Shown here one piece after another: positions 1 to 9,347 of a DNA stretch of 21,589 bases (the first letter of the stretch is position 1; every line of letters starts with the position of its first letter). The DNA is from an uncultured virus (IMG/VR IMGVR_UViG_3300032136_000003) (lineage: Duplodnaviria > Heunggongvirae > Uroviricota > Caudoviricetes). The notes under the pieces were generated by a model that did no database searches, was not told the DNA's origin, and saw only the letters and a program-made list of their open reading frames with translations. The stretch lies in the IMG/VR virus record IMGVR_UViG_3300032136_000003; one strand, written 5' to 3'. The position numbers were made by a program, and so were the translations under genes.

Positions 1-94
1 CCTGACCGCGATTAGTGATCGTTAACGCTTGAGCAACTGAAACAATCATGAAGAGTGCTAAAGCGCTAGCAAGTATTTTATATGAACTACGCAT
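1..94 (-). CDS. 5' part of a gene downstream of the capsid gene, encoding a signal-peptide-bearing protein (runs off the window edge)
   Basis: AAGGAG RBS then ATG at 94; translates MRSSYKILASALALFMIVSVAQA-LTITNRGQ..., with basic N-region, hydrophobic core and AQA cleavage motif; not in the ORF track. Confidence 0.7.
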   Translation of the reverse strand, partial: MRSSYKILASALALFMIVSVAQALTITNRGQ

Positions 95-114
95 AATATT
101 ATACTCCTTTAAAT

Positions 115-143
115 GGCTCCAGCTGGGTTATCCAGCCGGAGCC
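115..143 (-). terminator. Hairpin after the capsid gene (weak terminator or mRNA stabiliser)
   Basis: GGCTCCGGCTGG-ATAAC-CCAGCTGGAGCC on the minus strand just after the stop at 150; only a short T tail. Confidence 0.5.
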
Positions 144-149
144 GATTGA

Positions 150-1745
150 TTAGCTTTTTGTTACAGTACTAACTGCAGCAGTGAAGTCCGTGTAAGCGGA
201 AGGCTCGTTAGAAGCCCCTTCTACCCATGTGAACGTATACTGCGGCGCCAGTGAGCTATCGGCGATCTTAGCGGCGAACGCATTAGAATCAGCCTTCACT
301 ATGGACACGTTGTCTCCAACACCAGCCTCAAGCAGGTTAGCCAAGGTCAGCGTAACTCTGTTGAGAGTATCATCGAAGTCGCCAGTGACAGCATCAGATG
401 CAACCGAGATGGCTCCAGTTGATACGTCGCTGTTATCCTCGATCGCACATGCTGTACGTATGGAGTGAGCGCAGCGCTTGTAAGCGAAGACTGTACACTC
501 TGTAGCGAACAACAGTGGTTTCGGGAACAGCTGGAATCTTCCGTAGAAGAAGCCGTGCTCGCCGAGCATGTTGGTGACAGGATCCTGAATGTTGATCCAT
601 TTCCATTCACCAGTCATACCAGGCTTAGGCCCGAAGACCATGCCGGAACCGAGGTTATCGACGCTCGGTACGAACAAGTTCTGAAGAACGTCGTTCATAA
701 AGATAACACCAATACCGATTTCAGCACGGAAGTACTGTGGGTTAGGAATAGGCACGTTACCGATTGTCACAGCGCGACCAGCCTTGAGAGGCAGTACGCG
801 TGTAGCAACGACGTCACCGTTCGAATCGTAACCCTTGACTCTGAAACGCATCTGACGTGCATCATGCATAATTGCAAATCCACGGTAGATTTTCATTCCC
901 ATGTCATAGCCGTCGATCAGAGCCTGCGGTCTTGCATAGCGCCAATCTTCGTATGTGTTTGAATCAGCTTTGATCATGCGCTCGAAATCAAGCACGTCGA
1001 TCATGAGACCAAAGATAGGCATGTTACTTTCCATACCAAGAGCAGCCTCACCAGCCCTATCATTAAGGTTCGTACGCAGATAGTCGAGGAAGTCCCAGTT
1101 AAGGGTAGACAACTCTGTATTAGCGTCAAACGTTATGTAAGGAACTGCATCGCCATCAACATCTGCTACAGTAGCAAACGGATCATAGCTGAAACGATAT
1201 GCGGAGTTCTCTTCGAAATCCAAGCCACCGTTGGCCATCAACATACCGCGGTTAGACAGCATAGCCTGCTGTACATACATTTCACGGTTCCAGTTTTCAA
1301 GCATAGAAATACCATACTCTACACCAGTACGAACGATGAGAGCGAGCTGATCTTTTGCATAATCAACAAACTTCATGTCGTTAAGACATACAGGCTCGGA
1401 CTGCCATTCATCCTGGTATCCAGTGTACTGAACGGTTTCCCATGCATAGCTGTAAGTCTGCGGTGTGCCTGGAGCACAGTTATCGAATCCGGCGTCGCCA
1501 GACGATGGTTTACGAGAAGTGCCAATATCTTTCCAAGTGCTCAAACCAGCCTGAACTGGGAGACCACCGCGATAGATATTTGTCTTCTGTGTAAGACCGT
1601 TGAAAAGCTGGTACGTACCCCTTGGAATCCGGTCGTGCCAGATGTTAGGGTTTTTCATTGTACGAGCTTTTATAAACTCATCCCAATGCTCAGCCATTGT
1701 GAGCATCTTATCATTGTAATATTCTAATCCCGTGATAGGGGGCAT
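150..1745 (-). CDS. Major capsid protein (531 aa), with a possible C-terminal beta-rich extra domain
   Basis: Follows portal and scaffold; has its own promoter and downstream hairpin; GGAGG RBS before ATG at 1745 (MPPITGLEY) favours this start over 1811. Confidence 0.75.
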   Translation of the reverse strand: MPPITGLEYYNDKMLTMAEHWDEFIKARTMKNPNIWHDRIPRGTYQLFNGLTQKTNIYRGGLPVQAGLSTWKDIGTSRKPSSGDAGFDNCAPGTPQTYSYAWETVQYTGYQDEWQSEPVCLNDMKFVDYAKDQLALIVRTGVEYGISMLENWNREMYVQQAMLSNRGMLMANGGLDFEENSAYRFSYDPFATVADVDGDAVPYITFDANTELSTLNWDFLDYLRTNLNDRAGEAALGMESNMPIFGLMIDVLDFERMIKADSNTYEDWRYARPQALIDGYDMGMKIYRGFAIMHDARQMRFRVKGYDSNGDVVATRVLPLKAGRAVTIGNVPIPNPQYFRAEIGIGVIFMNDVLQNLFVPSVDNLGSGMVFGPKPGMTGEWKWINIQDPVTNMLGEHGFFYGRFQLFPKPLLFATECTVFAYKRCAHSIRTACAIEDNSDVSTGAISVASDAVTGDFDDTLNRVTLTLANLLEAGVGDNVSIVKADSNAFAAKIADSSLAPQYTFTWVEGASNEPSAYTDFTAAVSTVTKS

Positions 1746-1919
1746 AATAACCTCCGAATATATAGTTATTGTAAACAAAAACAACGTATGATCAAACACC
1801 AGTTTAATCACCTACTATTCCTGACGAGGCGGATCAGGGCCACGAATGTGGCTAATCCTCTACCCCCATGGGTATGGCCGCACTGGAGCGATGCGAGAGA
1901 TCTTCTCCAACTTTATGAA

Positions 1920-1948
1920 ATGTTACTACAAACCGTTAGGTCTGTCAA
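1920..1948 (-). promoter_or_regulatory. Sigma70-type promoter for the capsid gene
   Basis: TTGACA-17 nt-TAACAT on the minus strand, preceded by a very AT-rich UP-like tract (1950-1980). Confidence 0.7.
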
Positions 1949-1981
1949 CATATTTTTTAAAATAATTAAAACTTTTTTCAA

Positions 1982-2003
1982 GGCCCGGAAATTAATCCGG
2001 GCC
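1982..2003 (-). terminator. Hairpin after the scaffold gene
   Basis: GGCCCGGA-AATTAA-TCCGGGCC perfect stem immediately after the stop at 2013. Confidence 0.5.
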
Positions 2004-2012
2004 CCGAAGATT

Positions 2013-3329
2013 TTACCTTACTGGACTAGCGTGCCGAGGAGCGTCTTTAAACATCTCATCCATAAACTCATGAGGGCTTCTAGGAGCCTCGGGCTTAGTC
2101 GGCGCCATGACTGGTGGCCTATTGCCGCCGCCATTCAAGTTAGGGTTGGCCGAAACCATCTTATCCAACTGAGCCTTGAGTTTCTCTGCACGCTGGTTGG
2201 CGTCGAGGAACATCTTGCGCAGCTGTCTGGCCGTCACTCCCTCAACTACGTACTTAACGAGCTCGGCAGGCTTGGCCGTTCTGACGATACCTTTGACAGC
2301 ATCTACTCTTTGGGCTACCTGACCATTCCACTCCTCGTTAGTATTGGACCTACTGAACATCCAATTACCTTCCTTAACTGCCTGTTCTACAGCAGTTTGC
2401 GTATCTTTCTCAATATTGTCCAAGAGCTGAATTTCCTGCTCCCTCACAGCATGCTCACCGAGAGCCGCTCGAGTTTCTTTCCAATGAGCTATAGCCTCGC
2501 TACGCTCTTTGCTCAACTCGCTGTGCTCAGTAATAGCCGTAAGTAACGCCCCCTGCAGAGCATATGGCTCGTCAGCTACAGCACTCTGGATGTCTTCCAT
2601 ACTCATATCCGGGTCGACTAATCGAGATACAAACTTAGCGGCCGCCTCCGGATCTCTACCGGTACGGACAAGCAAGCTTACGCCTTTCTTGAACGCGTTA
2701 TCGATCGGCACATCGTACCGAGCCTTGAAAGCCTGTGTACTTGTGGTATCCAACTGGCCTAGTTTCTTCTCGTACTCATCAATCTGCTTGCGTAGTTCGA
2801 GTACTTCCTCGAGATCAGGAGTCTGAGATTCTCTCAAACGAGCGATCTCTGCTTCCTTGGCTTTGACCGTGTCGCGTAGTTCCTTGCGTTCTGCCTTTAC
2901 CTTCGCCCACGCGTGGTTGGCTTTAGGATCTATTTTGACAGAATCAGGCGGGTCTTCGTCGTCATCGGCGTCATCATCCCCAACGGCTTTATCTTTCGGC
3001 GGATCATCAGGAGACAAACCTAGGACATCGTTAGGAACGCCACTCTGATTATCAGGCGTCACTTCGGGGGTCACTTCGGGGGTCACTTCGGGGGTCACTT
3101 CGGGGGTCACTTCAGGTGTAACTTCGGGGGCGGCCTCGGGCTTCACTTCGGGAGTTTTCTCCTTAGGTGGTTCCTGTTGGCGAGCCTCAGGGGGAGTCAT
3201 ATCCCCAAGTACATCATTAATAGCGTCCCCAATAGCGGACGTAGCTGTCGAACCCTCCCCTGCTGGAGCTGGTGTATGTGGAGCACCGAGTGCTGGTGCT
3301 GGGTCTGATGATCTACTTTTATTGGGCAT
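2013..3329 (-). CDS. Putative capsid scaffolding protein (438 aa)
   Basis: Acidic, Pro-rich disordered N-terminus followed by coiled-coil segments; lies directly before the capsid gene. Confidence 0.7.
   Translation of the reverse strand: MPNKSRSSDPAPALGAPHTPAPAGEGSTATSAIGDAINDVLGDMTPPEARQQEPPKEKTPEVKPEAAPEVTPEVTPEVTPEVTPEVTPEVTPDNQSGVPNDVLGLSPDDPPKDKAVGDDDADDDEDPPDSVKIDPKANHAWAKVKAERKELRDTVKAKEAEIARLRESQTPDLEEVLELRKQIDEYEKKLGQLDTTSTQAFKARYDVPIDNAFKKGVSLLVRTGRDPEAAAKFVSRLVDPDMSMEDIQSAVADEPYALQGALLTAITEHSELSKERSEAIAHWKETRAALGEHAVREQEIQLLDNIEKDTQTAVEQAVKEGNWMFSRSNTNEEWNGQVAQRVDAVKGIVRTAKPAELVKYVVEGVTARQLRKMFLDANQRAEKLKAQLDKMVSANPNLNGGGNRPPVMAPTKPEAPRSPHEFMDEMFKDAPRHASPVR
3058..3153. repeat. 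12-bp in-frame tandem repeat (PEVT peptide repeat)
   Basis: GTCACTTCGGGG x4 exact plus 4 degenerate copies. Confidence 0.95.
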
Positions 3330-3642
3330 TACGCGCCTCCTTACTTAATATGTCCTTACATCCGTAAGTAGCTACGGGCAGGCCAGTTACATTATCACTA
3401 AGAAGCTCCGATCCTCTTCGGGGCTCTGCAATAAAGTCTATAATCTCATTTGCACCCGCGGCTCTACCACATTCATATATAGATGTAGTAGCGTCTGGCT
3501 GCATCTGAGGTTTAGGCTTGGCAAGTTCTCTGCAAGAAGCAATCAGCAACTGCGTCATGTCCTCTGCGTACCAATCCAAGAATGCTTTTTGACCGTCTGA
3601 CGTGGATAATAGTTTCCACAATCTATTTGTACTAGGGTTCAT
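3319..3642 (-). CDS. Small Bbp19-like head-module protein (107 aa)
   Basis: Sits between portal and scaffold; LLSTSDGQKAFLDW and YECGR patterns resemble this class; GGAG RBS. Confidence 0.5.
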   Translation of the reverse strand: MNPSTNRLWKLLSTSDGQKAFLDWYAEDMTQLLIASCRELAKPKPQMQPDATTSIYECGRAAGANEIIDFIAEPRRGSELLSDNVTGLPVATYGCKDILSKEARNAQ

Positions 3643-3665
3643 TTCGTCTCCTTATGTTGTTATAA

Positions 3666-6056
3666 TTATCGATCCTGCCTCTTCAGGTCGATACTGGCGC
3701 GAGTCTTAGCAGACTCCATCGCCAGTTCGGCAGCCTGACGCTCAGCCTTCAAGCGGGTGTCTGACACAGCTTTACCACGCTGTATCTGCATCTGCTCGGC
3801 AGTCTTAACACGTCTGGCCTCATTTATACTCTCCTGCTTCATAGTCTCCAGTTCGAATTCCTTCTGAATCTCTAGAACCTTGGCGCGGAACTCACGATCT
3901 TGTATGATCTGCTGTGCCTGGCCAACCTGCTCAGCCTGAGCCTGCTGTTGTTTCTGGACATCAGCCATAACGCGCTTAGCCATAGCCTGCAGTTTGCTGG
4001 CAGCTTGACCTGCGATCTGCAAGAACTGTTCTATCTGGGCGACATAATCGGCGCGGCGCTTGTCTGGGGCTAGATATTGTAAATGACCGGCTATGTGCTG
4101 CATTTCCAACTGCATAGTCCTAAAGTCAGTAACAGGATCCTGCACCTGAGCCGCGTCCACAGCTTGTATAATAGGAGCGATTCTAGCGACATGGCTATCT
4201 ATATGAAGTTTATGAACCTGATCATGACCCACGACTACAACGGAACCCTCGAACATATCGTTATCTTCAAGAGCCGCAATAGAACTTTCGTTACTGGTGA
4301 TCTGGTCTCTGTCCATACGGGCTACATATTTGTGAGCGTTTCTGTAGCCAACTCGTGCGGCTACGAAATCAAATAAAGCGTTACGTTTACCATTCTCGTC
4401 AAAAGAGCCGCTTACGTTCAATATCTGTGATGTTATGTCGTATTTAACAGAAGCGCTCCCGAGGCCTATGGCACGAGTTGTGGCAACCCTAATCTGGTCT
4501 TCCCACTCATACAAGAATTTCTTTGGAACACCGCGGGCCACGCATCTGTCAATAAAGTCCTTGGCGGGCTGCTGCCCGGGATACTCAATCTCTGACTCTA
4601 TGTAATCTTTGCGAGTTACCCGACGAAAAATTTCAGAGTACAAATTATCAAGCATATTGTATCTATGTGTGATAGCTGCCTTCTCGTACCGAGCTTCCTG
4701 ACTAGTCTCAGCCATAACCTGACGAGCTGTCTTAGGAGTGTCGTTATCGAGACTCTCTGAATGCTGACGATATGTACCAGTATTGTTCTTAAGAACTTCT
4801 TCAGAGACACGACGTAGAGAAATCAACGGAGCGATCTGAGGCTGGAATGTAGACTGTATAGCCTTAACTTCCGGAGGAAGAATGGTATAAGGCCCGTGGT
4901 GCATGAACTGCAGACGAGACAAATCTCCCTGACCGTTAGGCTGGAGCAACAGACTGGACGACATAAATCCGGCATCAAATACTCGGCATAGGAACCTATT
5001 ACTTAGATCGTCATGCTGGGCCATATGACTAGCCACACCGCGCACTGACCGCGCGTATCCGTCGCCATAATTATAAGGCAACCACCAAATAACTTTGTCC
5101 ATCTGTTCGTATTTATCAAGTCCCTCATAAATGAAAACAGGCTCAGAAGATTTCTCAGGCATGATTAGATGAGAAACTCGGCGCTCCCCATGCACTTCCT
5201 GAACAAGAATATGTACTACTCTGACTCGGTCAAACTGTCTTGACTGGTACTCAGGATCGTTGTTGCGGTAACGATGTTGCAGAGATTCCCAAGGTGACTG
5301 CTGGAAATCGTCGTCGCTGTCTCCGTTCTCCCCCTTCTCACGGAATACCTGAACCAATAGTTGTTTAATATAAGAAGGTTTCCAACCGGCGTTGCGAGCC
5401 ACTTCCTCATCATCCAGCAGTTCGAACAAGTCTGCCGCCTGCATCTCGCCACGAATCATGTAGATCTCGTTATCATTTACATCCACGCTAGCCTTAGGAT
5501 CCATCAAAAGGTTGCCCCTACGATAGGCTTTGGGTCGCCATTCCCATTCATTCTCAAATAGCATATATCCTATACCATACGCATCGGACTCTCTAACGAC
5601 TAGATCCAGGGCTTCGTGGCGACCTCTCCACTCCTCTAACGTCTGAGAAAACTCTTCTGCCACGATCGAGCACCAATGATAAATATCTGGGTTAGCTATC
5701 GCGCCTGGCGCCTTAGGATAACACTCAATTGCCGTAGGAACTTCGACAAACAACTCGTGGGCGGCGGCTGCGCGAGCATCTAGATTAGCACGCATAGTCA
5801 TAAAGTTAACGTTTGTTATGTGGCCCAGTCCCGAATCCTCCAGTTCATCATCGCTATAAGGATTATTACCGTCGATCATGCCCTGCAAAGTAGCCCTGCG
5901 CAAAGCGTCTTCACTATCCTCATCGAGTAGTTGTTCAAATATAGTATCAGCCGCAGCCGGAGTCGCCAAGCGACGCGGGGCTGGGGAGCCTGAATCATTC
6001 TGAACCGTTTGAAGTTCCAGTTCTTTAGTATCGTCAGCAGCTCTATTCTCGACCAT
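3666..6056 (-). CDS. Portal protein (796 aa) with a long C-terminal Q-rich coiled coil (P22-like barrel)
   Basis: Size, head-module position, YGIGY and YARSVRGVA motifs, helical Q/E/K-rich C-terminus; GGAGG RBS before ATG at 6056. Confidence 0.8.
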   Translation of the reverse strand: MVENRAADDTKELELQTVQNDSGSPAPRRLATPAAADTIFEQLLDEDSEDALRRATLQGMIDGNNPYSDDELEDSGLGHITNVNFMTMRANLDARAAAAHELFVEVPTAIECYPKAPGAIANPDIYHWCSIVAEEFSQTLEEWRGRHEALDLVVRESDAYGIGYMLFENEWEWRPKAYRRGNLLMDPKASVDVNDNEIYMIRGEMQAADLFELLDDEEVARNAGWKPSYIKQLLVQVFREKGENGDSDDDFQQSPWESLQHRYRNNDPEYQSRQFDRVRVVHILVQEVHGERRVSHLIMPEKSSEPVFIYEGLDKYEQMDKVIWWLPYNYGDGYARSVRGVASHMAQHDDLSNRFLCRVFDAGFMSSSLLLQPNGQGDLSRLQFMHHGPYTILPPEVKAIQSTFQPQIAPLISLRRVSEEVLKNNTGTYRQHSESLDNDTPKTARQVMAETSQEARYEKAAITHRYNMLDNLYSEIFRRVTRKDYIESEIEYPGQQPAKDFIDRCVARGVPKKFLYEWEDQIRVATTRAIGLGSASVKYDITSQILNVSGSFDENGKRNALFDFVAARVGYRNAHKYVARMDRDQITSNESSIAALEDNDMFEGSVVVVGHDQVHKLHIDSHVARIAPIIQAVDAAQVQDPVTDFRTMQLEMQHIAGHLQYLAPDKRRADYVAQIEQFLQIAGQAASKLQAMAKRVMADVQKQQQAQAEQVGQAQQIIQDREFRAKVLEIQKEFELETMKQESINEARRVKTAEQMQIQRGKAVSDTRLKAERQAAELAMESAKTRASIDLKRQDR

Positions 6057-6603
6057 CAGTCTTCCTCCAACAATTATCCGGGAAGTCACCTTCCGGGTTC
6101 TTTTCATCTATATGGACTACCGCTGATAGCGACGCCGCATCTACGTTACAAACTCCTAGCCACTCATCGCGCGGGGCGAGAGTACTACCAACCAATTTCC
6201 TCGACCAAGCCAACAAACCTACGCAAGAAGGGCACAAAGTGCGGTCATCCTGTGCGCAGTTGGCGCATGTCACGGCTCTGCGGGACGCCTCTGCTTTTCC
6301 CACACGCCCGTTTTGCCTAGCCTTTGCGAGAGTTATATCTTTTATTTTAGCCATTGTCACTACTCTCGCACGAGGCCTACCGTCCAAGCTGCCGTAACAA
6401 AAGTCGTTGGGCAGCTTGCGGCACATATAATCTACTACAACTTCCTCGAGATTCTGAGGAAGTTCTATCTTTTCAACAGTTGCGTGAATGCGTACCTTAA
6501 GAAGCAACGATCTCATGTCATACGCCTCAAAAAGGGAGTCCCCCAGTTGGTAAAAATATTTACCTCCTGGGGGTACTATTCGCTTTACCCTAAACTGTAA
6601 CAT
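6043..6603 (-). CDS. Cys-rich hypothetical protein (186 aa), probably metal-binding
   Basis: CANC, CPSC, GVC and NCW motifs; ATG at 6603; overlaps the portal start. Confidence 0.65.
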   Translation of the reverse strand: MLQFRVKRIVPPGGKYFYQLGDSLFEAYDMRSLLLKVRIHATVEKIELPQNLEEVVVDYMCRKLPNDFCYGSLDGRPRARVVTMAKIKDITLAKARQNGRVGKAEASRRAVTCANCAQDDRTLCPSCVGLLAWSRKLVGSTLAPRDEWLGVCNVDAASLSAVVHIDEKNPEGDFPDNCWRKTDGRE

Positions 6604-6916
6604 CTTCCCCACCCCCCACAAGCTTATATATATCCTCTAAGCTGTACAGCCACTTTCGCGCACCACGGCCACCGACGACACTCGCCCTACGTAGCACGCC
6701 GTCCCGGACCCAAGTAGTGACCTTGCATCGGAATGTCGCCACCGGCATTTCTAGCAAATTAGCTATTTCCGAAGAAGTAGCTACGTCGCCGAGAGCTTCT
6801 AGCGCCTTCTTATCGCTTGCTACCTTGTCTTTTAACAACTGCCTATAATCTACGCTTAACGGTTCTCCATTCTTTGTACCACTCCCGCTTGAAATAGAAT
6901 TTTGTCTCTTCTCCAT
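6590..6916 (-). CDS. Winged-HTH DNA-binding protein (108 aa)
   Basis: TSSEIANLLEMPVATFRCKVTTWVRDGVL HTH-like pattern followed by a wing (GRGARKWLY). Confidence 0.6.
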   Translation of the reverse strand: MEKRQNSISSGSGTKNGEPLSVDYRQLLKDKVASDKKALEALGDVATSSEIANLLEMPVATFRCKVTTWVRDGVLRRASVVGGRGARKWLYSLEDIYKLVGGGEDVTV

Positions 6917-7668
6917 CCTTCCGCCTCCGTTGCTTGCACGACCACCTTGACTAGTCCAATGTCGACATGGCCGTCACAAATTTCGTCCCCATAAACACTA
7001 CCTAGCCCACTCCAGGCAGGTAGAACAACAACATCGCCCCAAGCGTTCTCTGCCGCAAGGTAGTAATGTCTATGCCCGAATAACATAAGATGGGGCCACA
7101 CAGGTGCCCCACCCCCATCCTTTGCAGACAAGGCTGCGTTTAACACATTCCAAGTCTGAGATTTCAGCGGAGCCGTAGCTCTGCCGTGCGGAATCCCAGA
7201 GCCGCCAATAAAGTGACGAGCCTCTAGGACAAACCAATCGTTAATTGTCGTCTTCAGCTTGCGCCGTATAGACACCTTAACCTCTCTGTTATACTTCAAC
7301 AGCATCTGAGTCTTGATGCGCTCTGCGCAAACAATGTCAAATGCCTGATCTTCGTTCATGACGTGGTATCTAGTACCCGTCACCAAAATTACTTCTCGCT
7401 TAGGCTTCTGCATAACTATGAGGTCTGCGCAATCCATAGCCTGCTTAACCATGTCCTCTTCTGTCGTGTCTTTGCTCTTCTTGTCTTTACCGTCCCAACC
7501 ATCCCCATTGTGCAATATTATGTCTGGTTCGCAGCCAAGCCACTCTATTGCCTGCTTGTACCTGTCGAGCAATCGGGCCTGTACTAAGTTTCGTGGATCG
7601 GTTGTCAATCCAGTTGTGGCCCCGTCATGAGTGTCCGACATTACCGATATGATAGTCTCTTCTGGCAT
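6856..7668 (-). CDS. Calcineurin-like metallophosphoesterase (270 aa)
   Basis: SDTH, NGDGWDG, GTRYH (in place of GNH), RH and GHRH motifs in canonical order; GGAGG RBS before ATG at 7668. Confidence 0.8.
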   Translation of the reverse strand: MPEETIISVMSDTHDGATTGLTTDPRNLVQARLLDRYKQAIEWLGCEPDIILHNGDGWDGKDKKSKDTTEEDMVKQAMDCADLIVMQKPKREVILVTGTRYHVMNEDQAFDIVCAERIKTQMLLKYNREVKVSIRRKLKTTINDWFVLEARHFIGGSGIPHGRATAPLKSQTWNVLNAALSAKDGGGAPVWPHLMLFGHRHYYLAAENAWGDVVVLPAWSGLGSVYGDEICDGHVDIGLVKVVVQATEAEGWRRDKILFQAGVVQRMENR

Positions 7669-7691
7669 ATAGTCCTCCATTAACTTCACCA

Positions 7692-7720
7692 AACATACAA
7701 CAAAACGGGCACCAGGTCAA
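7692..7720 (-). promoter_or_regulatory. Sigma70-type promoter for the phosphoesterase-portal-scaffold genes
   Basis: TTGACC-17 nt-TATGTT in the intergenic gap. Confidence 0.55.
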
Positions 7721-7723
7721 CTG

Positions 7724-8350
7724 TTAAATTAATATTTCTTCTATGCACTGATCCGTTACATCTTCGTAGCATCCCTGCAGGATCCTATTCTCAAAAGTCT
7801 TAGGCGTCCAGAGCTTCTTCTTTTTACCGTCAGGCCCATCTATGATGTGATGACAAATGGCCATAGTAGCCTTAGCAACAAGTTGCGAGCACCACTGAAG
7901 ATGCATCCTGAACGGAATAAACCCGGTGGCGTTGACGAGCTTAGACGCCAGTATGATCATTTTCCACTTCTTTGGGTAGGGTAGCCCCAATAAAAATCGG
8001 GTGAAGTAGTGGGACATGGCGACCCGCTGCGCTTCCGTGCAGTGCTTCAGCCTATATATGCGGACTCTATACCCCTTATCCATCATGGCTTCGTACTCTT
8101 CTATAGTGGTGAGACGTGAGACAGGCTCTACAGCTTCTGCAATAAACCAATGCCCGCTCTTGTAGACAGTCATGGCATCGTGGTTGGAGTAAGAACCCAC
8201 TCCGAACCGAATCAATTTAGAGTACTTGTCTTCGCCGGGGATCTCGTTGCGACATTTAACCAAGTCACCCGCATGCAGGTTCGTCGTTATAAACTTGTAT
8301 CTGGTTGTGGGTACGTCCCGTCGTGTTACTGGTTCTCTGGATGATTTCAT
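7724..8350 (-). CDS. Permuted papain-like NlpC/P60 (YiiX/YaeF-like) enzyme (208 aa)
   Basis: LHAGDLV, YSNHDAM (His), IAEA, VRIYRL, GLPY, WCSQLV (Cys) and TP motifs in His-before-Cys order. Confidence 0.75.
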   Translation of the reverse strand: MKSSREPVTRRDVPTTRYKFITTNLHAGDLVKCRNEIPGEDKYSKLIRFGVGSYSNHDAMTVYKSGHWFIAEAVEPVSRLTTIEEYEAMMDKGYRVRIYRLKHCTEAQRVAMSHYFTRFLLGLPYPKKWKMIILASKLVNATGFIPFRMHLQWCSQLVAKATMAICHHIIDGPDGKKKKLWTPKTFENRILQGCYEDVTDQCIEEILI

Positions 8351-8353
8351 AAG

Positions 8354-8752
8354 CTACTCCGTTACGGTTACGAGTTGCTGCACGGCCTTCACATCCTTTT
8401 CAATGGTCATGAAGTCAGGCAGTTTGCCCTTGCTGTCAAGCCAAAAGTATACAATAAATATGACCACGGCCGCTCGGAGCAAATCGCGCGGCTCGAAGTT
8501 AGATAATTCGAGGGGGCCAAATTTCAGCCCAGCCTTGTTGTGTTTCTTCAGTTCAATCAAGGCCTCGCTTACGTTAGTGACGGCCTCCTGGTTCTTGGCA
8601 ATCGTAGTCACCAACGCTTCTTTGCCGTTTGTTTTGAACAGCCGGTCATTCACCGTGGCGACCTGTTTGCTGACATTCTTTATCTCGGCCAGCATGGCGT
8701 CGTTCTGTGGCTTGCATATTTTGTTATAGTGTTCTTCCGGCGTCATAGACAT
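8354..8752 (-). CDS. Membrane protein with a coiled coil and one TM helix (holin-like candidate)
   Basis: Coiled coil with NG motif, then hydrophobic AAVVIFIVYFWL. Confidence 0.45.
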   Translation of the reverse strand: MSMTPEEHYNKICKPQNDAMLAEIKNVSKQVATVNDRLFKTNGKEALVTTIAKNQEAVTNVSEALIELKKHNKAGLKFGPLELSNFEPRDLLRAAVVIFIVYFWLDSKGKLPDFMTIEKDVKAVQQLVTVTE

Positions 8753-8769
8753 ATCCCCAACCCCCTATT

Positions 8770-9210
8770 TTAAAACATTACGAATCGAATTGACTTAATC
8801 TCAGCTTTGCTGAGCGTAACCCACCCGGGCCGCTGAGGTTCAATGAACCTTACCTCGTGATCTTTGCCGACGATTGCAACGTTAATAGCGTGCCATCCAC
8901 CGTTGTCGATCTTGTACGATACTTCACCTATGGCGATGCCTTCTGCGGGGTTCTCCTCACCCCGCTGGCCGTTGCACACAGAAGCCAACCACCGCAGCCC
9001 TGTAGACTTGTCGTCGCAGTCATTGTTTGGCTTCCAGCCTTTAGTGTTTAGGAGTTCTACAACTTCTTCGTGCCATATAAAAAATTCATCAAACCACTCT
9101 TTCGCTGGAACGAGATACGTTGAATCGCGGAACTTGAGTGCCTCCAGATTCGGGTAGTTGTCCCGGCTGAAGATCTTGTGCAACTCTGCATATGTTATGA
9201 CGTCACGCAT
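8770..9210 (-). CDS. Papain/transglutaminase-like cysteine protease resembling the MOA agglutinin C-terminal domain (146 aa)
   Basis: DCDD (Cys), WHAIN (His) and FIEPQ (Glu) motifs. Confidence 0.65.
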   Translation of the reverse strand: MRDVITYAELHKIFSRDNYPNLEALKFRDSTYLVPAKEWFDEFFIWHEEVVELLNTKGWKPNNDCDDKSTGLRWLASVCNGQRGEENPAEGIAIGEVSYKIDNGGWHAINVAIVGKDHEVRFIEPQRPGWVTLSKAEIKSIRFVMF

Positions 9211-9347
9211 TACTGCTCTCCATCACTGTACGGGACTGGTGGATTGGTTACACTACCCGGAAACCGATATGGGTTGCTGATCGGTGTAGTCACCGTTCCG
9301 CATCCTGCTAGAATTAATGCCGCTATGATTGCTATTATCAGTTTCAT
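9210..9347 (-). CDS. Small Pro-rich lipoprotein (45 aa), o-spanin-like candidate
   Basis: MKLIIAIIAALILAG-CGTVTTPISNPYRFPGSVTNPPVPYSDGEQ; LAGC lipobox; ATGA and TAATG overlaps with both neighbours; absent from the ORF track. Confidence 0.75.
   Translation of the reverse strand: MKLIIAIIAALILAGCGTVTTPISNPYRFPGSVTNPPVPYSDGEQ

Noticed and set aside
1746..1811. Upstream start extensions given by the ORF track (also 6107, 7692, 11091, 13483, 18364, 19205)
   Set aside because: Downstream ATGs have clear Shine-Dalgarno sequences and avoid long overlaps; the corrected starts expose the signal peptides
1788..2546. 252-aa plus-strand ORF and other plus-strand ORFs across 229-19212
   Set aside because: Antisense shadows of well-supported minus-strand genes; no convincing RBS or motifs
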